DNA of 64,000 nt from Thermoproteota archaeon. GTDB lineage: Archaea; Korarchaeota; JAOZGF01; JAOZFZ01. The position numbers were made by a program, and so were the translations under genes. How positions within the stretch are numbered: the stretch's first letter is position 1; each line of letters opens with the position of its first letter. Below the pieces are notes generated by a model. That model was not told the origin of the DNA. It worked only from the letters and a program-made list of their open reading frames with translations, and searched no databases. Location of the stretch: contig JAOZFT010000007.1 of assembly GCA_027492035.1 (NCBI GenBank), positions 1-64,000 on the forward strand, written 5' to 3'. This document shows positions 29,907 through 38,742 of this stretch, piece by piece.

Positions 29907-31394
29907 GTGAAGCTAATGAGTATTTTAAAGGAAGTTAGGAGCCATTACGGGAAATTAAACCTTTTTATTAACGGAGAAGTTATTGAATCAGAATCTTCAG
30001 AGGTATACCCTGTCATGAACCCAGCTAAAGATGAAACAATTGCTAAGGTTCCGTTTGCAACTAAAGAAGAGGTTGATATAGCTGTTAAATCTGCAGCTGA
30101 GGCCTTTGAAAGATGGAAAGAACTCCCTATAACTACTAGAATCCGTTACATTTTCAAGATGAGGAATTTAATGGAGGCACATTTTGAAGAAATAGCTAGA
30201 ATAACTACACAAAACCATGGAAAAATTATAAGTGAGAGTAGGGGGGAGGTTAGAAGATTAGTTGAAAACATTGAGTCAGCCTGTGCAGTAGCCTATTCTT
30301 TGTCAAAAGGAGAAAATATGGATCAAATTGCTTCAGGTATTGACGAAACATTAATTAGGGAGCCTTTAGGTGTTTTTGCGATAATATGCCCATTTAATTT
30401 TCCAGCTATGGTTCCTTTCTGGTTTCTTCCTTACGCTGTTGTACTTGGTTGCCCTGTCATTGTTAAACCAAGCGAAATAACTCCTATAGCTACAGACTGG
30501 GCGTTTAAAATTATGAAAGAACTTAATCTACCACCAGGGGTTATTAACATGGTGCACGGCAGTAAAGAAGTTGTGGAGAGGTTGGTGACTCATCCTAAAA
30601 TAAAAGGTATAACTTTTGTAGGTTCTACGCGAGTAGGCAGTTACTTGTACAAGTTAGTTGGGGAACATGGGAAAAGGGCAATTATTCAAGCAGGTGCTAA
30701 AAACTTTATAGTGGTTATGCCTGATGCTGATTTAGAGAAAACAATTCCGGCCTTGCTTACGTCTTTCTATGGAAACACTGGGCAAAGATGCTTGTCAGGA
30801 GCTAATTTAGTGGCTGTAGGGGATGTTTATGAAAAATTAAAGGAAAAATTTGTTAAAGCAGCTTCTGAGTTAAAAATAGGGTACGGGTTAGATGAATCAG
30901 TAGAAATGGGGCCAGTAACTACAAAGAAAGCAAGGGAGAGAATAATTGGGTATATTGAGAAAGGCATAGAGGAAGGTGCGAAATTAATACTAGACGGACG
31001 GAAAGTTGAAGTTAAGGGTTACCCTAACGGTTACTTTCTTGGCCCTAGTATTTTTGACAATGTTACACCGGATATGGTTATAGCTAGAGACGAAATTTTC
31101 GGGCCTGTCGCCAATATTTTAAGAACTGAAAACCTAGAGGAAGCAATTGAAATCATAAATGAAAGCAATTATGGAAATGCTGCCTGTATTTTCACTTCAA
31201 GCGGCAAGTGGGCTAGAGAGTTCAGACGTAAAGTTGAAGCTGGAAATATAGGAATAAACATTGGAATAGCTGCGCCTATGGCTTTCTTCCCATTCGCTGG
31301 AAGAAAAGAATCTTTCTTCGGAGTTCTTCATGGACAAATAGACAGTGTAGATTTCTTCACAGACAAGAAGGTGGTTATCACAAGATGGTGGTAA
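29907..31394 (+). CDS. mmsA: CoA-acylating (methyl)malonate-semialdehyde dehydrogenase
   Basis: PFNFPAM, KPSE, FVGST, GAKN, GQRC, EIFGPV, FFPFAGRKESFFG. Confidence 0.88.
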   Translation: MKLMSILKEVRSHYGKLNLFINGEVIESESSEVYPVMNPAKDETIAKVPFATKEEVDIAVKSAAEAFERWKELPITTRIRYIFKMRNLMEAHFEEIARITTQNHGKIISESRGEVRRLVENIESACAVAYSLSKGENMDQIASGIDETLIREPLGVFAIICPFNFPAMVPFWFLPYAVVLGCPVIVKPSEITPIATDWAFKIMKELNLPPGVINMVHGSKEVVERLVTHPKIKGITFVGSTRVGSYLYKLVGEHGKRAIIQAGAKNFIVVMPDADLEKTIPALLTSFYGNTGQRCLSGANLVAVGDVYEKLKEKFVKAASELKIGYGLDESVEMGPVTTKKARERIIGYIEKGIEEGAKLILDGRKVEVKGYPNGYFLGPSIFDNVTPDMVIARDEIFGPVANILRTENLEEAIEIINESNYGNAACIFTSSGKWAREFRRKVEAGNIGINIGIAAPMAFFPFAGRKESFFGVLHGQIDSVDFFTDKKVVITRWW

Positions 31395-31398
31395 AAAA

Positions 31399-31842
31399 TT
31401 GGGTTCGCTGAGACTGAATTTCAACCAAATCATAAACTTGTTGATCAAGTTAGAAGAGGAAGTAATAAATTTTTACAATGAAGCAGCTACTAAAACCGAA
31501 AATCCAGAAATTAAAAAAACACTTGAATCATTAAGTAAGGAAAGCATGGAACATAAGACTTTATTGATTAAAACAAGTAGAGAAACTGTTACTGAAATGA
31601 CTTTAGAACCTGTTACGGGTTTAAATCTTGAAGAAAAATTAAATCTTTTAAAAAAGGAATTAAGGGAAGGGAAAGAGGACATTAAAACGAAACTTGTCAA
31701 AGTTGAGGAGACAATCAAAGAAATTTATTTGGAAACATCAAAAAAAATCATGTATATTTCCGGAGATACATCCTATTTACTTGAGAGATTCGCAAAGCAG
31801 TGCAACGAAAAAATTATGGAAATTAAGAAAATGGGAAAATGA
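31399..31842 (+). CDS. Ferritin-like (rubrerythrin-type) four-helix protein
   Basis: LEEEVINFY...ESMEH first half-site; repeated helix pair. Confidence 0.7.
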   Translation: MGSLRLNFNQIINLLIKLEEEVINFYNEAATKTENPEIKKTLESLSKESMEHKTLLIKTSRETVTEMTLEPVTGLNLEEKLNLLKKELREGKEDIKTKLVKVEETIKEIYLETSKKIMYISGDTSYLLERFAKQCNEKIMEIKKMGK

Positions 31843-31908
31843 ATTTCTTTAAGTATAAACCCTTTACTCTTTTTTGGTTTAATTAAGCAGTTTTTCCCTT
31901 TTCCAGCA

Positions 31909-32364
31909 TTAAAGAAATAAATATAGAACAAGGAGGAGATAAGAGGCAGCATTAGTGAGAAAAGAAACCTTTAGAAGATCTAGTTTAGGAAATTTGAAAA
32001 AAATCAAGTAAACAATAAATTCAATTAATGAAGAAGTTAGGAAGGCAACAATAAAAAACTTTATATACCTCGAAATTAAAGGAATGAATAATCCTGCGAA
32101 AGAACTAGTTAAATTAGCTACGCAAACAACAATTAAAATTTTTTTCAAAGAAGCATTTAAGCCTTTCTTAACTAAAACAAACTTGTTATACACTACAAAA
32201 ATTAAGAACTCTAAAATGAAAACAAAGGGAAGAAAAGGCAAATTGAAGAAAGTTAATGGAAAGGCAACATCTAGCAATATATTTCTTAAATTTGAAACAA
32301 AAATTAAAACTTTATTCAAAGAAAAATTTATCATAAGATAAATCAACCTTTTTCCTTTTAACAT
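31909..32364 (-). CDS. Hypothetical membrane protein
   Basis: Hydrophobic ORF with a twice-repeated E...N pattern (ILEF...ANLTS; LIEF...TNAASY); start uncertain. Confidence 0.6.
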   Translation of the reverse strand: MLKGKRLIYLMINFSLNKVLIFVSNLRNILLDVAFPLTFFNLPFLPFVFILEFLIFVVYNKFVLVKKGLNASLKKILIVVCVANLTSSFAGLFIPLISRYIKFFIVAFLTSSLIEFIVYLIFFKFPKLDLLKVSFLTNAASYLLLVLYLFL

Positions 32365-32395
32365 TTAAAAGAAAGGTGTTTTAATTTTAAAACAG

Positions 32396-32983
32396 TTGGA
32401 AGTGATTATTGTGGATGCATCACTGGAAAACAAAAAAGTTGCAGGTCTACTTTTAATTATTGGTTCTATTATTTCTATACTGGGAATAATTGTCTCTGAA
32501 GCTTTATACCCTGGCTACAGCACCTCAAAAAATTACATTAGTGACTTAGGAGTTGGCCCTTCTGCAAACATATTTAATTCCTCCCTTGTTATCCTTGGTC
32601 TCTTAATATTTGGTAGCGTATATTCCCTGAGTAAATCATCAAAAAACAAAATTTTTCTTGCGCTGTTGTGTTTAGCAGGTGTAGGGGCAGTAGGGGTTGG
32701 AGTGTTTACAGAAGAAGCTGGAGTTCTTCATGGAATATTTTCGTTAATTGTTTTTCTTTTCGGAGGTTTAGCAGCTATAGCTTCTTATAAACTTCAAGAA
32801 CCGCCAACATCTTATTTTTCAGTGATTCTAGGAGTAATGGTGCTTTTGGCATTAATACTATTTACTTCACATAATTACTTAAACCTAGGTAAGGGAGGAA
32901 TGGAAAGACTTATTGCTTACCCAGCTTTGCTTTGGGGGATAGTTTTTGGTGGTTACCTTACTGGTGAAGGAAGCAAAGAATAA
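32396..32983 (+). CDS. DUF998 family membrane protein
   Basis: YPGYS...NYISDLG, GVGVF, H, GGMERLIAYP. Confidence 0.85.
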   Translation: MEVIIVDASLENKKVAGLLLIIGSIISILGIIVSEALYPGYSTSKNYISDLGVGPSANIFNSSLVILGLLIFGSVYSLSKSSKNKIFLALLCLAGVGAVGVGVFTEEAGVLHGIFSLIVFLFGGLAAIASYKLQEPPTSYFSVILGVMVLLALILFTSHNYLNLGKGGMERLIAYPALLWGIVFGGYLTGEGSKE

Positions 32984-33034
32984 AACCAGTTTATTCTTCA
33001 AAGTTTTCTTAACCTAGCTTAAGAGTTACTAACC

Positions 33035-33397
33035 TTAATACCTCCTTCTTCTTTTTCTTTTCACCCATCCTCTCCAGTAATTAGCCATGTTTTCTAATGC
33101 TTCTGAAAATGTTTCTGAAAGCCTGTATTCATTTTCTATCCTGTACACTAAACCCACAGCCCTCATTCTCTTCAACAGATAATAATAACTATTTAATGGC
33201 AAGTTTAGTTCTTTTGCTATCTTTTTATAGTTTGAACTGTTAACTTCTCTTTTGGCTATTTTATTCAATAACTTTTCTGCTTTCTCAGCCACAAAAGGTT
33301 TCTTAAAAAAAATTTTTTCTAAAATGTCTTTTACACTCAAAATTTCAGGATCTTTAACATTTATTTGAAGATAACCTTGTGTTTTCTTTGTGGGCAT
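33035..33397 (-). CDS. Small winged-helix protein
   Basis: KIAKELNLPLNSYYYLLKRMRAVGLV..IENEYRLS wHTH pattern. Confidence 0.65.
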   Translation of the reverse strand: MPTKKTQGYLQINVKDPEILSVKDILEKIFFKKPFVAEKAEKLLNKIAKREVNSSNYKKIAKELNLPLNSYYYLLKRMRAVGLVYRIENEYRLSETFSEALENMANYWRGWVKRKRRRRY

Positions 33398-33539
33398 TTC
33401 CTTTCACATTATTACTGAAGAAAAGTTTATTGAGAAGGATTTATCCTAATCTTTTTAAATCTAAAATTTTTTAGTTTAGAAAATTAGAGTTTCGGTATTA
33501 ATTAAAGACTTTTTAATATGTTGGGGAAGAGGATGTATT

Positions 33540-34373
33540 TTGAAACTTGTCACTAGGGCCGATGGGTCGAAACAAATTTTTGACAGGAGGAAAGTAATAA
33601 ACACTTGTTTGAAGATGGGTTTAAACAAACGTGAAGCTGAAAATATAAGTTTAATGGTTGAAGAAGAATGTTACAATGGAATCTCAACTGGAGAAATACT
33701 TAAAAAAATTTTTACGTTAGCTGAGCAGTACAGGGAAGGGTTTAAGCATAGGTTAGACCTTAAATTTGCAATTTCTCTTTTACCTCCCAAACCTGAATTT
33801 GAATCATTCACCAGGTTACTTCTTCAAAGCCAAGGTTTTAATACTTCCCCTGGAGGGGTGTTTAAAGGGAAATGTGTTGAACATGAAATAGATGGTGTTT
33901 TAAGTAGAGAGGATATTACTTATTTGTTAGAAGTGAAACATCACTTAAACCACCACGCTTACACAGGTTTAGATGTATGTTTAGTAGCTTATTCAACTTT
34001 TAACGACTTAAACGCTGCATTTTTTGAAGGAATAAGTAAAATTTATTTTCAGAAAGTTTTGATAGTTTGTAATACTAAATTCTCTGCACATGCAAAAAAA
34101 TATGCTGCATGCAAAGGAATTGAATTGATAGGTTGGAAAACACCTGAAAACAAAGGTTTAGAGGAATTAATAAGAGAAAAAAAGCTTTATCCAGTGACTG
34201 TTCTAAATAGTTTAAGTCGGTTAGAGAGGAAAATTCTTTTAAAAGCTGGGTTCCTAACTTTAAAACAAATAATTAATCAAGACATTGATGAGTTGAAGAA
34301 GAAAGTTAAAATTAATGAATTAAGGCTTCGAAAGATAAGAAGTGAAGCTGAAAAAGTTTTTACTATTTATTAA
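33540..34373 (+). CDS. ATP-cone + Mrr-like PD-(D/E)XK nuclease + C-terminal HhH-like domain protein
   Basis: VTRADGSKQIFDRRKV...ISTGEI (ATP cone); FE...HEIDGV...LEVKHH (nuclease); NTKFS..AKKYA..C.GIELIGW. Confidence 0.85.
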   Translation: MKLVTRADGSKQIFDRRKVINTCLKMGLNKREAENISLMVEEECYNGISTGEILKKIFTLAEQYREGFKHRLDLKFAISLLPPKPEFESFTRLLLQSQGFNTSPGGVFKGKCVEHEIDGVLSREDITYLLEVKHHLNHHAYTGLDVCLVAYSTFNDLNAAFFEGISKIYFQKVLIVCNTKFSAHAKKYAACKGIELIGWKTPENKGLEELIREKKLYPVTVLNSLSRLERKILLKAGFLTLKQIINQDIDELKKKVKINELRLRKIRSEAEKVFTIY

Positions 34374-34512
34374 CTAAAACATATTATAGTTTCATTTCTT
34401 ATTTACTCCACAAATTTTTTAAAAATCTTCTTTCAAAAAACAAGTTAGTAACCTTAAAACAAAGCAATTTTTAAGAGTTACTTTGAAATATTAAGTTTTC
34501 GAGGACTGGGTA

Positions 34513-35469
34513 ATGTTAAAAAAGGAGTTACTGCCATTACTTCTCCTTTTTCTTCCACTTTCTATTTTGCAGGTTGAAGCTGCACCCCCTACTCAAACTA
34601 AACTCCTTTTTTTACAATATAACATAACAATTGAACTGGATGAAATAGCACATGAAACGCTTAAGTTAAAACTGAAAAATTTAGGGAACAGTCCTGTTAA
34701 AGTTTTTAATTTCACAGTGTTAGTTGAAACTTCAAATTTTAAGGTTAAAGACGATTTTGGAAATGTGGAATTTGGTGAAAAAAAAGGCAAAACTATAGAA
34801 TGTTACTTAAACAAACCTATATTGCCAAATTCAGAAGCAAACCTAACTATCAGTTTCAACTCTCCAGATTTCATAGGTAAAATAAAAGATAAATACATTT
34901 TTGGGCTTGGGTACTTAGTTGAAGCAGAAACGAAAGTTTTTTGTTTAAGAGTTTCCCTTCCTGAAGGGATGGGGATAGTTTCCCCAAAGTTAAAAGGCAT
35001 ATCCTACCCATCAATTCATCCCCATCCTCAAAGACTCTACACTGACGGTAGACGAATAATTGTGGAATGGGAATACTTGAACCTTTCACGCAAAGAAAGT
35101 TTAGATTTTTCTGTGAAATATGAACCCATGTATAGAGGTAAAAACGTGCAAAGTGCTTTTCTAAACATGTCTTTTTTAATTTTATCCTTTATTTTTGGTT
35201 TATCACTTGGACTAGCCCCTTTTTTCCTAGTACTAAGGAAGAGAAAAACAGATTATCAACCACGGATCTTCACAATAAATAAAGCACATAAAGAAATATT
35301 GGACGCAATAAAAGAAAGAAATGGAGAAATTACTCAAGAAGAACTTTCTAAAATCCTCAACATGTCCAAATCAAAGATAAGCACAGCATTAACAGAGCTT
35401 GAAAGGGCGGGGGTAATTAAAAGAGAGCAGTTCGGTAAAACAAAGATGATTCATTTAGTAATTAGGTAA
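34513..35469 (+). CDS. Membrane-anchored transcriptional regulator (signal peptide, extracellular beta-domain, TM, C-terminal wHTH; COG2512-like)
   Basis: N-terminal signal peptide, TM near aa 215-241 followed by RKRK, then GEITQEELSKILNMSKSKISTALTELERAGVIKREQFGKTKMI. Confidence 0.85.
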   Translation: MLKKELLPLLLLFLPLSILQVEAAPPTQTKLLFLQYNITIELDEIAHETLKLKLKNLGNSPVKVFNFTVLVETSNFKVKDDFGNVEFGEKKGKTIECYLNKPILPNSEANLTISFNSPDFIGKIKDKYIFGLGYLVEAETKVFCLRVSLPEGMGIVSPKLKGISYPSIHPHPQRLYTDGRRIIVEWEYLNLSRKESLDFSVKYEPMYRGKNVQSAFLNMSFLILSFIFGLSLGLAPFFLVLRKRKTDYQPRIFTINKAHKEILDAIKERNGEITQEELSKILNMSKSKISTALTELERAGVIKREQFGKTKMIHLVIR

Positions 35470-35561
35470 TTCCAAAAGAAATTCTGGAGTAGGATTTCGA
35501 CACCTAAGAACTAAATTTTTGGTAATTCTTTCTAAAAAACTTTTTTTGACCACTAAAAACC

Positions 35562-35580
35562 GTTCTGAAATGTTCTGAAA
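35562..35580 (+). repeat. Tandem direct repeat GTTCTGAAA x2 with 10-bp period (candidate wHTH operator)
   Basis: cGTTCTGAAAtGTTCTGAAA immediately followed by TATTAAG, about 120 nt upstream of the CWB2 gene. Confidence 0.55.
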
Positions 35581-35697
35581 AGTATTAAGTGGAGGAAATA
35601 AATTTAATTTTTATTTCCATGTTTTTCTTAGAATTCACCGTGAGAAAACCTTAAATAAAATTTCTCAGTCTGTTTAAAGCCGAAAATTTTCAAAAAG

Positions 35698-37164
35698 GTG
35701 GAACAAGAAATGAACAGGAAATTATTAACAATTTTAACCATTGCAATTTTGTTAACTGAAACATCAGCTATATTCCTAATTACTCCAATTTACAGTGAAC
35801 AAACAAGCAAAGCATTGGTTTTGGTAAGTGATAATGAAGCAGACTTAATAGTTGCAAAATATTTTGCTTCAGTAATTTCAGCCCAGATGCTAATTGTCCC
35901 TTGGGGAACCTTTCCCTCCAACATAGAGGAGGAAATAATGCAAGTAGCTCCTTTAAAAGTAGTAATAATAGGAGGAGTGTTAGCTGTACCTGAAGAAGCA
36001 GAGACATTTCTTAAAGAAATGAACATACCATTTATTAGGTTAGGGGGGAAAGACAGAGTTGAAACTTCTGCAGAAATATATAAATATTTAGTGGAGCAAG
36101 TTAACGTTACCCCAGATCAAGTAATCATCTTGGGAGGGTATGACTTTGTCGCTTTAAAGCAATTCAGTGAAGTTTCTAACCTTACCAATAAAACAGTTAT
36201 TGTTTATGCATCGCAACAATCAACAGTGCCGAAAGAAGTGCTTGACATAATGAAGACAAAACCTGTAAACAATATTAAAGTAGTACCTTCCCCCTTGCTA
36301 ACTACTTCATCAATTGAAAGTCAGATATCCTCAGCAGCTGCTGTTTCAGCTGCAGTAGAGTCTATCTTTGAGGAATCAAACAGTGTAAAAGCTTCTGAAA
36401 TGATTAAAGAAGCAGAAATAGCTATAGAGGAAGCAAATTCAACTATTCGGTCAAGTTTATCCTCTGAAAATGTAAGTGTAGCTTTGGCTATGCTTGAAGA
36501 AGCTGAGAAACTACTTAAGGAAGCAACTGAAATATATAAAAACAGTAATTACATTGAGGCCTATAAGTTAGCAATTTCAGCCAGAGATCTTGCATCAAAA
36601 GCTAAAGAAATTATTGAAGGCATTAATGTGAGACAAATAATTAAAGTTTATACAAAAGCCATCACTGAAATTCTTAAAGAAAAAATTGTAGCCATAAATA
36701 AAACAATTAAAACTAATATAAGCTCCGCCAATAAATCCACCAGTGCAGTGAACATAAGCAAAACTTTAGCTTCAGCAAAAAAAGAAGTAGAACAAGGGAA
36801 GTTGGTAGAAGCCGCTAAAAAAGTTTACAACACTTCAAAAACGACAAAAACAGAAACGACATCCCAATCTGCAAAGAGTTCTTCTTCATCTCAGCCGCAA
36901 TCAAGTTGCAAAGAAGCAGAAGAAAAAATGAAGGAAGCAAAGAAACTATTAGATGAAGCTGAAAAACTTTTATCAAACTATTTTGTTTCACCATTTGTTA
37001 TGCCTCCCGGCATAGCTGAGCTTGAATCAATGCTCAACCTGTCTCAAACTTACCTGAAAATTGCTCAAGATAAATACTCACAGAACAATTGCGGCTTAGC
37101 TATATCCTATGCTGAGAAGGTAATAGACCTTTGCAATAAAATAAAAGAGAAATTAACTAAGTAA
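35698..37164 (+). CDS. Secreted protein with cell-wall-binding-2 (CWB2)-like motifs and helical repeats
   Basis: Signal peptide; VVIIGGVLAVPEE...RLGGKDRVETS; Ser/Thr-rich linker; repeated A..L.EA..L helices. Confidence 0.78.
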   Translation: MEQEMNRKLLTILTIAILLTETSAIFLITPIYSEQTSKALVLVSDNEADLIVAKYFASVISAQMLIVPWGTFPSNIEEEIMQVAPLKVVIIGGVLAVPEEAETFLKEMNIPFIRLGGKDRVETSAEIYKYLVEQVNVTPDQVIILGGYDFVALKQFSEVSNLTNKTVIVYASQQSTVPKEVLDIMKTKPVNNIKVVPSPLLTTSSIESQISSAAAVSAAVESIFEESNSVKASEMIKEAEIAIEEANSTIRSSLSSENVSVALAMLEEAEKLLKEATEIYKNSNYIEAYKLAISARDLASKAKEIIEGINVRQIIKVYTKAITEILKEKIVAINKTIKTNISSANKSTSAVNISKTLASAKKEVEQGKLVEAAKKVYNTSKTTKTETTSQSAKSSSSSQPQSSCKEAEEKMKEAKKLLDEAEKLLSNYFVSPFVMPPGIAELESMLNLSQTYLKIAQDKYSQNNCGLAISYAEKVIDLCNKIKEKLTK

Positions 37165-37170
37165 CAGTTC

Positions 37171-37201
37171 ATCCCTCTTTCCCTCTTTTTCTCGTTTTCT
37201 T
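37171..37201 (+). terminator. Pyrimidine/oligo-T tract after the CWB2 gene
   Basis: TCCCTCTTTCCCTCTTTTTCTCGTTTTCTT directly after the stop codon, as expected for an archaeal terminator. Confidence 0.4.
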
Positions 37202-37633
37202 CAATAAGATAAATTAAGTTATTAAAAATTCTGGTGAATGATTATAATGACTGGAGATGTCAACATCTAGGAAAGTAGTAAATAAACTCTTCTCTATCTA
37301 AATTTGTTATAAAATAATTGTTAAAGCATTAGAAATTTCACAATTAAACTAAGGAACACAAAACTAAAAAAGTAAGGGAAGTAAATATGTTACAAGTAAC
37401 AATAGAAAGATAATATTTTCTATTTGAAGGACGGTAAATCTTCGTTTTAAAGAAGTAACTTTAATGAGAAATGTTCAATTTACTGAGTTATTCAATTTAC
37501 AATTTTTTTGCCCAGAATGCAGAGGCATTACTACTTCAGGTCAATTATTTTATTTACATTCTAAAAAATTTTTCACAAAGAATTAACCCCCTGTAATTAT
37601 TTTACCTAATGTGGTAATGAAGAGCATTTTTGT

Positions 37634-37653
37634 AAAATGACCCCGGTCATTTT
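37634..37653. promoter_or_regulatory. Perfect 9-bp inverted repeat in a long intergenic region
   Basis: AAAATGACC-CC-GGTCATTTT. Confidence 0.4.
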
Positions 37654-38008
37654 CCGCACAGGATTAAGTTGAAGTTTATTTGGGTTTTCATTTCAATAAA
37701 AGGTTAAATGAAAAATAGTGAATAATTGTTTAAATTAAGTTTGGAGTTGAGTTGTCTTTCTGTTAATCGCGATTTATATGAGTAAACAAGGATTTAATAT
37801 CTGAAGTTAACCCTTTTTGTTCTTACGGGTTTAACTGGCGGTTTGTTGGATTCTAAATAGTTTTTAATTTACTAAGATCTTGATGTAGTTTAGGTCCTTA
37901 ATGTTTTCTTTTATATTTTTAAAAATAGTTAGGGGGATAGTTTCAAGTGGGAAGTAAATTTTTGTTTTTAAGGTAATCTTCCAACTTTAGGGAGATAGGT
38001 GTCAAGGT

Positions 38009-38686
38009 TTGATCTCTGTTGAAGCAGTAATTGAAGAAATTAAACGGAAACCTGAATTAGCTAAGAAACTTGCTGAGGCTTTAATTGAGGCTTCGCCGAG
38101 GCTGAGTATAATATTTCAATATGAAAATATACTCATGAACATTGAAAGCCTCAGAGGAGACTTCAACAGGATCCTAAAAAGAATGGAAGCGATTGAAAAT
38201 GAGCAGAGGAAACTCAGAGAAGACTTCAACAGAATAATTAAAGTCGTTGAGAACCTTCAAATTAGCCATAAAAGACTTGAAGAGAGGCTAAATTCATTGG
38301 CAGAATCCATGATTTATGGTTTCGGCCAGTTAAGTAAATTTGCTGGTTTAACGTTTGAGGAGTTTGTTAGGATGTTCCTTTCTGAATACCTGAGGGAGCA
38401 GGGTTTAATACCTAAAAATGAAAACCTTAAGAAGAAGGTTTTAGATGAAGAGGAAATAAACCTCTTCTTTGAAGACCCTTTGATAGTGGGTGAAGTTACA
38501 TCTTATGCAGGAGATAAGTCTAAAATTTTGAAACTTCTGAGAAAGGCAGAGTTAGCAAGAGAAAGGTACAATAAGGAACCTAAAAAATTCCTTATTATAT
38601 TAACTGCTGCGAAGGAGGCGTCGAAAGAGATAAGGAAATTAGCTGAGGAAAATGATGTCAAATTGATAATTGGCAAAACTTCTTAA
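38009..38686 (+). CDS. Coiled-coil protein with C-terminal degenerate PD-(D/E)XK-like domain
   Basis: Heptad region followed by G..FE...EEINL...IVGEVTS, an architecture typical of archaeal coiled-coil nuclease-fold proteins. Confidence 0.7.
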   Translation: MISVEAVIEEIKRKPELAKKLAEALIEASPRLSIIFQYENILMNIESLRGDFNRILKRMEAIENEQRKLREDFNRIIKVVENLQISHKRLEERLNSLAESMIYGFGQLSKFAGLTFEEFVRMFLSEYLREQGLIPKNENLKKKVLDEEEINLFFEDPLIVGEVTSYAGDKSKILKLLRKAELARERYNKEPKKFLIILTAAKEASKEIRKLAEENDVKLIIGKTS

Positions 38687-38742
38687 GGAACATTTCTACA
38701 TTTCTTCTCAGTTTCCTTCCCGCAAGTTTAGAAGGGGGTATT

